The notes under the pieces are model-generated. The model had not been told where the DNA came from. It worked only from the letters and a program-made list of their open reading frames with translations, and searched no databases. The translations under genes and the position numbers were made by a program. DNA of 63,935 nucleotides, the filler included, from Hausera hauseri (lineage: Eukaryota): NCBI GenBank assembly GCA_046269625.1. It is 12 parts of 12 records of this genome, joined end to end, with 100 filler letters (N's around TTAATTAATTAA, not from the genome) between each part and the next. Parts side by side here need not be neighbours in the genome. Positions count along the whole stretch, not along the records: positions 33,093 to 38,726 come from JBJURY010216744.1; positions 38,827 to 44,388 come from JBJURY010230628.1; positions 44,489 to 49,832 come from JBJURY010274397.1; 9 more parts are not named here. One strand, 5' to 3'. Positions 36,001 to 46,294 of this stretch are shown piece by piece. Positions within the stretch are counted from its first letter, which is position 1. Every line of letters starts with the position of its first letter.

Positions 36001-38037
36001 TGTCAATTAGTTCAAGCACGAAGCCGGATAGCTCCGATGAAGCCTACTACAATACCTCGGTTAGAGTTATTAGCGTGCACTATTGGTGCACGTCTGTGTC
36101 GAAGAGTTATATCGGATTTAAAATTAGGAGATATTCAAACATTCTTTTGGACTGACTCAAGCAACGCTTTGTATTGGATAAAAGGTAGCGAAAACTGGGC
36201 ACCATTTGTATATAATAGAGTGCAAGAAATTAGATCAGTGAGTAAACCAGAAAATTGGCATTATGTACCTGGATCTATTAATCCTGCAGATTTACCTTCC
36301 AGAGGTTGTTCTGCTCGACAGTTGTTAGAGACAAAATGGTGGCAAGGTCCCAGTTGGCTGTATTACCCATTTGGTAAATGGCCTAAAGCTGAATTTTATG
36401 TAGATAAAGAAGAAGTGATGAAGGAGAGGAAGAAAGAAATAGTATCATCTATGGTAAACCTCAAAGATATGGACAATTCCTTCCTTTATAAGTTTTCGAA
36501 CTATAGAAAGACTATAAGAGTTGTTGCCTGGATGCTTCGATTCCTTTCTAATAGTCGTCTTCCGAGAAATACTAGAAAATATGGTACCCTGGATTACGAA
36601 GAAATTTTGGCAGCTGAATATGGAGTTATCAGAGCGATACAGAAAGAGAGTTTCGTTGGTGTGCAAGATGAAAAGCTAAAAGCTCTGGGAGCCTTTAAAG
36701 ATAAAAATGATATCTTTCGATTGAAAACAAAACTTGTATATCGATCCGATAATGAAGATTTTAAAATGCCAGCAATCTTACCCTCTCGACATGAAGCTGT
36801 AAAATGTATAGTAATGCATTATCACGTAATAAATGCTCATGCAGGGACTCAAATGTTGCTAAACATACTAAGAGAGAGATTTTGGATTCTACATGGTAGA
36901 AGGACAGTGAGATCTATTTTGTCTAAATGTATTATCTGCAAGAGACATTCTGCAAAGAAGCTTGATACTTTCACTGCATCTCTTCCAGAAGACCGTATAC
37001 GAGAGGCAGCTGTATTTGAGATCTGTGGTGTTGACTTAGCGGGACCACTGTTTCTCAGAGATAACAATAAATCTTGGATCTGTCTATTTACATGCGCTGT
37101 ATATAGGGCAGTGCACATTGAACTAGTGACTACTTTATCTACAGAATCTTTTTTACTAGCTTTGCGCAGATTCATAGCCCGTAGAGGACGATGCAGCATT
37201 GTCTATTGTGACAATGGCTCCAATTTTGTAGGTGCTTCAAATTTGCTGAAGAAGTTGAATTGGGACCTAATTGTAAGTGACACTGCTCTTCATCCTATTA
37301 AATGGAAGTTCAATCCACCGACTGCTTCATGGTGGGGTGGTTGGTTTGAGAGACTGATCGGTATTCTTAAAAATTTGTTGAAAAGAATATTAGGCCGATC
37401 TTCTTTAACTTATGAGCAGATGACAACTGTGTTATGTGATTGCGAAGCCGTTATTAATTCACGACCGATGACGTATGTCGCAGATAACGACGCAGAGCTG
37501 ATCCCATTAACTCCTTCTATGTTTCTACAAGATATAAAAGTGAGCGGTGTTCCTGACTGTGATAGAGTTGATCACCAAAGTCTTAACCAACGTGTTAAGT
37601 ATCGGCAAAGTTTACAAAAAGCCTTAAGAAGTAGATTTCGATCGGAATACTTGGGCGCTCTACTTCAGAGACCAGAACGCAAAAGAGCAGCCAAAGTAGT
37701 AGTCGGTGACGTTGTCTTGATTGGAAGCGACAACACAAAACGCATCGATTGGCCACTGGGGAAAATAATCGAGATAATCCCGGGCAAAGATGGAGTTACA
37801 AGACTTGTGAGATTAAAAACTGCGAACGGTGAACTACTTCGGCCGATACAACGACTCTATCCGCTGGAAGTGTCAGCGGCTGAGTCAATTCTAATTAGGA
37901 AAAGTTTACCAGATACCGATGTGAGTGAACAGTCAACAGTCAGTCAATCTGTTGACAGTAATATTGAATCTACTGTGGAGGCAAGGAAAACTAAAAGTGG
38001 CCGTGTCGTCAAGGTGCCTCATAGACTGAATTTGTGA
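33094..38037 (+). CDS. BEL/Pao LTR retrotransposon gag-pol polyprotein, uninterrupted, 5' truncated by contig start
   Basis: LPTFNGDLRNW gag, three CCHC knuckles, protease IIDTASQRSYI, RT RPVFDAS/YVDN, RNase H LHVFCDAS/PADLPSRG, integrase DLAGP/DNGSNF/WWGGWFERL, WPLGKI C-terminal domain. Confidence 0.97.
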   Translation, partial: LPTFNGDLRNWIRFWGQFEKVDKDHNLDLHDKFAYLSQCMEKGSVAEELIRSFPPGGNSYDKAIEQLKSRFGREELLIQVYVRDLLTLVLQRQSMPRKSLRNLYDSLETKLRALEILGVTRDKYASMLFPLVESALPEETLIAWERHRSAGRRSQDEVDQIVNKTTTKNDLDLILDFLQDEVQAEERINLASQNFRVETKPNFKLFKEKKAENNKNKYGATRQIASAADLLTSSKEQRKCIFCHNSHSSTDCLKVRKMAMKERENLVEKSGCCFLCLKPGHQVRKCYSKVTCLSCGKRHHILLCHNIKQLTFIPTEKGTTELDNVPKEDQTLANISKSPSVMLLTLTVLIRGDGRKRKARAIIDTASQRSYILKNTAKEMKYKSESCEYLQHSLFGGEKTRVCKHDVFTLYLTSCDGSYNCNFKVLSQPVICESIPSTTPTVYLKELTDCGIRVSDDYKGPIEILIGADVAGKIITGGYKSLPSGLTAMETRLGWTVMGRTQQISSEENEISVANSMLSTARTITELWTLDSLGITDPSEKKSKEELHESAREHFVNTVQVDNDNRFVVHLPWLEDHPPLPDNFNLAMKRLDSTVLKLKKENLYADYNQVFNEWEKEGIIEEVPQHEIQLPSHYLPHRHVVKENSTTRIRPVFDASAKQRAFPSLNDCLEKGVNLVELIPTILVRFRLNKFGVTADIRQAFLQIRLHERHKDYLRFLWYKENNELKYFRHCRVVFGICSSPFLLNSAIQYHLEAILAEAQGGSSKYPVDIVQNLKNSFYVDNCLTSVKTETELHDFIRAATDIMLERKFDLRGWEHNYSSREEPSSVENKIVPVLGLQWVLNSDTLSVNLKEICKDDGPITKRKILSEVHKIFDPIGYTCPVTLGPKLMLQELWKMKTTWDSELPPAISKKFENWRKQINLLKEIAIPRCLLGDPDNAYNLSLHVFCDASKLAYATCIYLRNESKNITSCQLVQARSRIAPMKPTTIPRLELLACTIGARLCRRVISDLKLGDIQTFFWTDSSNALYWIKGSENWAPFVYNRVQEIRSVSKPENWHYVPGSINPADLPSRGCSARQLLETKWWQGPSWLYYPFGKWPKAEFYVDKEEVMKERKKEIVSSMVNLKDMDNSFLYKFSNYRKTIRVVAWMLRFLSNSRLPRNTRKYGTLDYEEILAAEYGVIRAIQKESFVGVQDEKLKALGAFKDKNDIFRLKTKLVYRSDNEDFKMPAILPSRHEAVKCIVMHYHVINAHAGTQMLLNILRERFWILHGRRTVRSILSKCIICKRHSAKKLDTFTASLPEDRIREAAVFEICGVDLAGPLFLRDNNKSWICLFTCAVYRAVHIELVTTLSTESFLLALRRFIARRGRCSIVYCDNGSNFVGASNLLKKLNWDLIVSDTALHPIKWKFNPPTASWWGGWFERLIGILKNLLKRILGRSSLTYEQMTTVLCDCEAVINSRPMTYVADNDAELIPLTPSMFLQDIKVSGVPDCDRVDHQSLNQRVKYRQSLQKALRSRFRSEYLGALLQRPERKRAAKVVVGDVVLIGSDNTKRIDWPLGKIIEIIPGKDGVTRLVRLKTANGELLRPIQRLYPLEVSAAESILIRKSLPDTDVSEQSTVSQSVDSNIESTVEARKTKSGRVVKVPHRLNL

Positions 38038-38120
38038 ACTTGTACAGTTTGTTTTGAATAGTTATTGTGATAGGATTTGTAAGTTAAATTCTGGGACAAA
38101 ATTTAACTAAGGTGGGAGAA

Positions 38121-38481
38121 TGTCGGATTTGACACTCTATTTCATATTATTATCTCTGTTTTAATATAGTTTAAAAAATGTAGAATGGCATCAGAGAGTT
38201 TTAAGTTCTAGTTTTGTTTATATACGCATTTTAAATGGCTCTGAGTTATTTACGTTATATATTGTGAAAATTAACGTATTATTTACGCCATAAATGCTCT
38301 GAGTATAATTTCTGTACTTCACTTGTAAAGAGTTTAAATAAATTGTTCTTCTTATTGTGAGAGATTTTCTGGTTCGAAGTGCGAAACGGAACATCTGGCG
38401 TCCGCCTACAGGATTCGTCTGCAAGTGAGTTGTGATTATGTTTGATATAGAACTATTTTATGAGAATCGAAACCAAGAACA
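38121..38481 (+). repeat. 3' LTR of the BEL/Pao element
   Basis: PPT AAGGTGGGAGAA (38109-38120) followed by TGTCGG; probable end AAGAACA at 38481 (end is inferred). Confidence 0.7.
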
Positions 38482-38726
38482 ATAATAAATGTAAATGAGT
38501 GAAAGATTTTATTCTGACTTTTTTTTTTCTATTAAGATTTTGTTTCGAAATGTATTACATAGAAGATTTTATTCTGACTTATTTCTATTGAGATTTTGTT
38601 TTGTTATTTTTTTTTTAAAACTGTATAGTGCTGTATCTGATTAGTAGATTGAATCTATATGAGTCATTTTCTTCTAAATCGAAATAAGTTAAAAGTGCAA
38701 TAGTAATTAGTGGCACAAGATGGATA

Positions 38727-38826
38727 NNNNNNNNNNNNNNNNNNNNNNNNNNNNNNNNNNNNNNNNNNNNTTAATTAATTAANNNNNNNNNNNNNNNNNN
38801 NNNNNNNNNNNNNNNNNNNNNNNNNN
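38727..38826. other. Artificial contig spacer
   Basis: 44 N + TTAATTAATTAA + 44 N. Confidence 0.98.
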
Positions 38827-38882
38827 TTTCTCCCAGTAATAGTAATATATCACTAATTAATGATCGTTGGTGCTGGGATAAC

Positions 38883-39328
38883 ATGCACATTACCCCGACA
38901 ATAATTAATACGGATGATCGAAAATTTTGTGAAGTTCGATCCCATGTTTCCAGGGACACCAATCGTGATGACCGAAGACGTAAAGTTGTTGCTGATAGAA
39001 CCGTAAAGCAAATGGTTGCTAAAACTGGTTATGATCCATGGGGAATTTATTCAAAACTTAGTCCGACTATGGTTGTCGGTTTGGATACATTCCACAGTAA
39101 GACTGGTAAGAGATCGGTTCACACTGTAGTTTTTTCTATTAGTACATAGTTCACTCAGTATATTAGGCTCGTTAATTCGACTAAGGGCAAAAGTGAATAC
39201 CACGATTTGTCTAACAGAAACATCGCTGCACCAATCAAGTGCTTCAAAGATAAGTTTAATATTCTGCTTCAGAAGCACATTATCTACCGTTATGGTGTTT
39301 GTGATTCTCGAGCATATTTCACCAAACT
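38883..39328 (+). pseudogene. piwi: PIWI-domain fragment (piwi pseudogene)
   Basis: QMVAKTGYDPWGI..TMVVGLDTFHSKTGKRSV..VFSIST*FTQY..IIYRYGVCDS; TAG at 39147-39149 and catalytic YRDG changed to YRYG. Confidence 0.88.
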
Positions 39329-42300
39329 GTAAGTGGGGAACTCGGCAACCCCGCAGTTTGTGACCCGCCACGGTGAGGCTGAAGCCCCGGCCGTCCACCC
39401 TATGCCATTCGGTCAGACGACACCGCTCGCTGCCGCCCCACGACACGCCCCCAGCTACATGACCTCTCTGTATTTTTTTTTCTTTTTTTAAATAATTAAC
39501 ATATTTGCACAAACGCAGTAACACACTTAAACACTGATGCCATCTACAACATTATCTCCACTTTTCTTCGCTCACCTGACTTTTACCTCACACACCACGG
39601 CTCCGCGGTACCTCTCGTTGGAACCCTACAATTTTCTTCATCTTATATCTGCCTTCACATACACTTCCGCATCCGCGGTGGCATAGATTCATCACCCACT
39701 ATTGACACTACGGATAAACCCATCAAACCACCGATCTCTATCACTTACCTATCCAAACAAACCGCTTCAAATACTCTGACACAGCACACACTGTCTGCTC
39801 ATTCACTCTGCACAGAATACTTCCTCGACAGCCAAAATTCTACCCAAACATGGTTAAAACTGCATCAGTTCTGGCTCCAATCACAAAACGTCGTCAACCC
39901 TTTATCCAAAGCCAACAGTCTGTTTTTTCATTTACCTGCTTTGATTAAAACTAAAATTATATAATCGACATTCTTCACCACACCGATCCATATGCTGAAC
40001 TTTATAACGTCCTTCTTAAGCTCACTGAGCCGTCAATCGTCTCCATCATTCAAAGGTCCTTCAACGATAACGCCATGGGCCTTCAGAAGCCTTCTGAATT
40101 CTTTCGCACATATTTGTCTCACCTCAATACCCTTGGCGCAACATCTGAACATAGTCCACAACTTCTTCGTCGTTACTTTTTAAATGCATTGCCCCTTCAA
40201 ATAAGAGCTTTTCTTACTGTGGTCGAGGACTCCACGGCATTGGAAAAGTTAGCCGAACTGGCGGACAAAGGCTATGAAGTGTCGCACTCACACACAACAC
40301 CAACTCTCTCTCTCTCTGCGGCATTAACAACAAACCACCAACAACAAAATGCAATGCTGCAGTAACAAATTGCGCAATTACATACAGAAAATGAAATGTT
40401 ACAAAAAACAATTAACAACATAAACGAGAAATTAAATGAATTAACGCTAACTCGACGAGGTTTTTCTAGGGCTGCTTCCCATAATGTATTTAATCAACGA
40501 CAAAGACGGTCGCCTTCATTTATTTGCTACTACCATAACAAATGCGGTAATAATTCTCAGAAATTCTGCATCGGATGTAAATTTTACTCCCCCGATTTTA
40601 ATACAAACAACATCGTTTGCATTTATCACGCAAAACGTAGAACAAAAGCACAAAAATGCCTACGTGGCTGTAACTACAACACCACAACAAAATCAACACT
40701 ATTAAACCCACTAAAAATAGTAGGCCAAACTCACCAGCTACAAAAGCTGATTTCGCCGCTAGGGCACACGGAAAGTTCTAGCAAAGGCAACAACCTACAA
40801 AAAGATAGCCGACACATTTCCTTTGCTGTATTCACGTTGGAAGCGGCATTCGTCACTCCAACAAAGAAAAACATTAATTTTCACATAAACACTGGCGCAG
40901 CAATCTCTACTAACATCAACACAGCACATCCAAAACAATTTCACTTCAAAAAAGCAACTGTTCACTGCGTCCGGTGAACCTTTACAAACTTTTTGTGTCA
41001 CCAGATTAACTTTCACTCTTCCAAATTTCCCAAACACGCACACCTATATTGGGTTCAGAATTTCTGTCCCACTATAATGTACTTGCAGACTGCAAACGAT
41101 GTTCCTTAAAGAGCGGAAATAATCTTAATCAAATTAACAGCATTTCGGTGACCACCCGAGCGATCGCTTTCAGCAAGTCAATGCTAAAGAAAACGACTTC
41201 CGATTTAAATTATTTTTAAAATCTTTCATTATATAGAAATTGTTATTACGGTACCAAATACGATATTGCCAACTGAGTGGCACCTATTAGTGATTGCACA
41301 GCTGCCAACACGATCTTCAACACGAACATCCTGCACCTAACACCACCTAGTCACAACACCTCGTCTACAACTCATACCTCAACTTCATCCAATCACGATG
41401 CATCGACACCATCTGAAAACTTCTCATCGTTGCCCTCTAACTTACAGCAATATATTTCGTCTTTCTGCACGCGTCTGTTTCAAAACGACAAATCATTCGT
41501 ACCACCTAAATCCACCTTCCATCACATAGTAACAGCACTCAAAGAACAATACGTCAAAAGGTCCACACGCTATCGCCTCGCCGCAGACAGGCAGTGGAAG
41601 CTGAGTTTCTCGAACTGGGAAAATCAGGAATAATTAGAAGATCCAAATCCCCGTGGTCTTCACCACTGCATATGGTTCCAAAAAACATGGTACCTTTCGC
41701 CCATGTAATGATTACCGCCAACTCAACGTCATAACAACAATGGATGCCTACCCTCTACCATTATTCAACGATATCCTTCACAGGCTCCATGGTTTGACCA
41801 TTTTTCCTGCATTAATTTGCACAAAGCATACCACCAAATTCCGGTGGCCGCAGCAGATATTCCAAAAAGGGCTGTCATTACACCTTTTGGCCTTTTCGAA
41901 TACCTTTTCATGCCTTTTCGACTCCGCAGAGCTTCCCAGACCTTCCAAAGGCATGTTGATACAGTTCTCTCAGGTTTAGACTTTGCGTATCCCCATATTG
42001 ATGATATCCTAATTGCATCATCTTCCACGAAACAACACTCCGAGCATTTACGTTTAATCTTCCAGCGCTTGCACCAAAACAACTTGCAAACTAATTTCTC
42101 TACATTTTCCTTTTTTAACATAAAATCAACTTCCGAGGACATGTTATTAGCTAATGCGGATTTTCACCTAATCCAGACCGCATCACACAGCTCATAAACA
42201 TACAACTACCACGTACATCAACAGAGATGCGTTCTTTTCTCGGAATTTTGCACTTTATTCATAAGTATGTTCCACACTGCTCCACTCTAATTGTCTTATT

Positions 42301-44388
42301 TGCATCATTAAGCTCTAGCAAGATAAAACAAACTATTCTATGGACCGCCAAGCTAGTGAACGCTTTCGATCACCTTAAAAACAATCTAAAAACCGTGAAA
42401 ATCCTGGCCTATCCCGACTCCCATGTAGAACTCTTCTTAATCACGGATGTATCCACAAAAGCTGCATGTGCTGTCATCCATCAACTTAAAAATGGATCCC
42501 ATGAGCCATTAGAATTCTTTTCTCGCAAATTCACGGCACAAGAGCAAAGATATTCCACCTTTGACCGAGAGTTGCTTGCAATGGTCCTTGCAGTAAAACA
42601 CTTTTAAACATCTATAAACTGCACGAACTTTTACCATACAAACGGACCAAAAGCCCTTGCTTCAAATTCTCACCATGAAATCGCCTTCTCCGCATCAGGA
42701 GAGGCAAATATCGTATTTGTCTACATTTAATTTTAAAATTAAGCATCTAAACGGAGTCGACAATTTAGTAGCTGACTTTTTGTCCCAATTGGTCAGCTCG
42801 ATTGATTTTACACAAATTTTTTCTCAATCCAAACTTCAACAAAACTATCTTCCTTCTGACATTTTTAAATCTTTCAAATCGTGCAAAACCATCGACGATG
42901 TGGTCTTTGACACTTCCAAACCTAATAATCCTAAGGTCATCCTTACTAAATCGCTTCAAAAAAAAGCATTTAGCAACTTTCATTCGTTGCATTATCCCGC
43001 TACCAAGGCCATCTTTCGACTTTTACAACGCCACATAGTATGGCCGTCGATGCGCTCTGACGTACAGACATGGGTTAGGCAGTGTGTGGCATGCCAAAAA
43101 TACAAAGTTACTAAGCACTTAAAGCCATCACTATATCATTTTCCCTGCACGCGTCATTTTGAATCAGTTTACATTGAACTTGTAGGACCAATACCCTTAG
43201 ATAACGGTCATCAGTTCATCCTCACAATGATGGACCGTTCCTCGCGATGGCTAAAGGCCGTCCCGCAATGTAGCACCAACACAGAAACGATCGCAGACGT
43301 TTTCATCCGCACTTGGACCAGCAGGCCTGAATCACCTCGCCACATCATTTCGGACCAAGGTACACAATTCAAATCCAACCTGTTTAAAGCTCTTCTTAAT
43401 CGATTTGGAATTAACCACATTCACACATCACCATATCATCCCTAATCGAATGGCCTTCTCAAACGCTTTTACCGAACAATGAAAACGTCTCTCAAAATCC
43501 TCGCCGAGTCCAATGGCAGTAGGACTACCCTCCTTCCGTACGTTCTGCTTGGCTGGCGGAACACACCATCTACTTCTACAGGCTGCTTACCTGCAGAAGC
43601 ATTATTTGGCACTTCCATCAGATCATTATTCAAGTTGACTGAGTTGGACAATACTCCCATAAACGAAACCATACATGCGTCCAGAGACACTTCATTGAGA
43701 TCAGCAAAGACTCATTTTTTAGGATTGTTACACGCAAATAAACCCTGCATACCAGACGATTTACATACCACCAAGTTCGTTTGGTTAAAGAATCAGACGC
43801 CGTGTGGCTTTCAACCCCAGTATGTCGGCCCTTACAAAGTAATTCGCTTACACCCCCATAATATCATCATTCTCAAAGACGACAAAGAAGAAACCGTTCA
43901 CATCAATAATGCTAAATCAGCTTTCTTCATTGACGACACGTAGCCCATCGAAGCCACTTCTCCACCAACATCTTTACACGATGCGCAGCAATCCAACAAT
44001 TCACCTTCCATCTCTGCTCAATTTCTTAATCTACTTTTGCCTACGTTTTCTCTCAAAACTTCCACTTCAATTTCTTCTCACAATTCAGCCTCTTTCTTCC
44101 CATCCGATTTTGCACCTTCAAGCCTATCACCACCTCCTTCATCCCCTCACAACAACCTGCTTTCTCCTTTTACAGCACTCTCTCCATCAAACACCATTTC
44201 GACTTCACTAATCTCTCCATCCACAACTTTCATCATTCCAACCTCTTGCACACCACTCTCCAACTACTTTCTTTGCCTTCTCCATCTTCTTGCTCTCTTT
44301 CGCCTTGTACCTCTTCGCCGTCTTTTCTTTTTCGCTCTCCTTCTTCTTTCACACCTTCCCCAACTTTAACGCTTTCTTCCTCCATTTC
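39328..44388 (+). mobile_element. CsRn1-like Gypsy element, decayed (gag-PR-RT-RH-IN)
   Basis: tRNA-Trp-like PBS TTGTGACCCG at 39358, CHCC gag boxes, RT TPFGLFEYLFMPF/HIDD, RH YSTFDRELLA, IN SDQG/GPY, Ser/Pro-rich tail. Confidence 0.93.
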
Positions 44389-44488
44389 NNNNNNNNNNNN
44401 NNNNNNNNNNNNNNNNNNNNNNNNNNNNNNNNTTAATTAATTAANNNNNNNNNNNNNNNNNNNNNNNNNNNNNNNNNNNNNNNNNNNN
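44389..44488. other. Artificial contig spacer
   Basis: 44 N + TTAATTAATTAA + 44 N. Confidence 0.98.
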
Positions 44489-46294
44489 ACATCACTGTAT
44501 CACCCCCAATCGAATGGTCTTCTAGAGAGATTCCACAAAACACCAAAAACGTCACTGAAAATCCTCGCAGAATTCAATAGCAGTTGGACTACTCATTTTC
44601 CGTTGGTTCTTCTGGGTTGGCGTAACACCCCTTCTACTTCTACTGGTTGTTCACCTACGGAAGCCCTCTTCGGAACATCTGTACGTTCATTATTTGACTT
44701 AACTGCTTTGGAAGATACACCAACAAACGAAGCTATCCGAACGGCACAGAATCAATTTGTCTCAGTCAGTAAAGATTCATTCTGCAGAATAATACATAAC
44801 AATAAAACGTACCTACCCGACGATTTATATTCTGCAAAGTTTGTCTGGCTAAAAAACCAGACACCATGCGGTATTCAGCCAAGGTATTTGGGGCCTTACA
44901 AACTCGTTCAATTGCATTCCAACAATGCCATTATTTTTAAAGACGGAAAGGAACTAGCGGTGCATATCAATAACGTAAAGCCTGATTTTTTGTTGATGAT
45001 GCCCCTCAAATTGAACCTTTTACGCCTTTTCTGATTTCGCCGCCTTTTCTTCTTTCAGTTCTTCCAAACCCTGCACCCTTTTGCATTCCAAACCTTACAC
45101 ATACCCCTTTACTAGAACCTACTCCAAAAACCCCTTCTATTAACCTCCCCACTTTTCTACCCTTTTTTCCTACATTTTCCATTCAAGCCCATTCCTCTCC
45201 TCTGAACGATATATCACATTCAACGACGAAGTCAGACATTGTTATATCCCAATCAACTCGTCAACCAGATGCAATGACACTGAAAAGCACAAATTCGTGT
45301 CATTTAGTACCTATAGTGAGGAGATTAACACTGCAGCAGTACAACGTCTTATTCATACAAAGACCACTTAGACAACCTACACTGTTTTTACACCAGGGAG
45401 GGGGGTTATGTTGTGCCCAACGAGGTCGTACTCCCTTGATTTTTTTACCTGTAAAAACAACGTTATTGTGTCTTCTTTCATTGTTATTTGTTTTTGTTAT
45501 TGCCGACAAATCGATGCGTTTTCACCGTTTTATCTCATCGTGTCAGAATATTTCATGAGAACTACAACTACCAGCCAATGAATGAGTGCAGTTCGTACAA
45601 AGATGTGTTGAATTATTGTTTTATCCAGTCATTAAGAATGGCGAATCCAATTAACCAATTATCCCTATGCTTGGACTCGTAAATTTCCCGTTAAATAAAA
45701 TTCGATAACCATCATAAAAATTGGTACTTTAAATGGAAAAGTCAACAGTTTTACCGAAGCTATTTTTCAAACTATTTACAGTGGAGATAAACAGAACGTG
45801 AAAATTTCGCTGCTACGGCATTGAAAATTTTCGTAGTTTTTCGCAGTCGGATTTAGAAAAGAATTTTACAGAACTTTTGTAAATCTCTTCTAAGATGTTA
45901 AATGCTGCTGTTACTGTCTTAGTTCTGGCAGTTAATTCCTTTATAATGTTATCTGCATCATTCTGAAAAGTCCACGTCGTCAATAAAAGCAGATACATTG
46001 GATGTCAATGAATTAGACGTTGATGTGTGAAGGTTGGCTGATTTTCTTTGATTTCTTTGCTATCGCCAAACTGAAATCGATTCGTGCTTGACATTTTAAG
46101 AAATGTTCGATGGAAATGTCTGATTTGAACTATAATCACGACCAGGAATACCATCCGAGTTAAGAGTCCTTCAAAAAGTGCTTTTGTTTCCAGGCGGAAG
46201 ATCGGGCCCGCCTATGGGCCCGACGCGGCGGCAACGGAGGCTCGGCCGTGCCCAACCAAATGGGCCAAAGGGCACCAACCGCTGTGGGCACCAT
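44489..46294 (+). mobile_element. 3' end of a Gypsy element nested in a related copy
   Basis: Integrase end (LLGWRNT, YLGPY), PPT AGGGAGGGGGG at 45395-45405, then LTR. Confidence 0.85.
45409..46294 (+). repeat. Putative 886-bp 3' LTR
   Basis: Starts TGTTGTGCCCA after the PPT and ends TGGGCACCATA (inverted termini); first ~430 bp homologous to 48602-49070; RT of the target copy resumes at 46295. Confidence 0.6.

Noticed and set aside
33839-37199. Short antisense ORFs inside the BEL polyprotein, and similar shadows over pPolB, TIR and TRPC
   Set aside because: Shadow frames of real coding sequence
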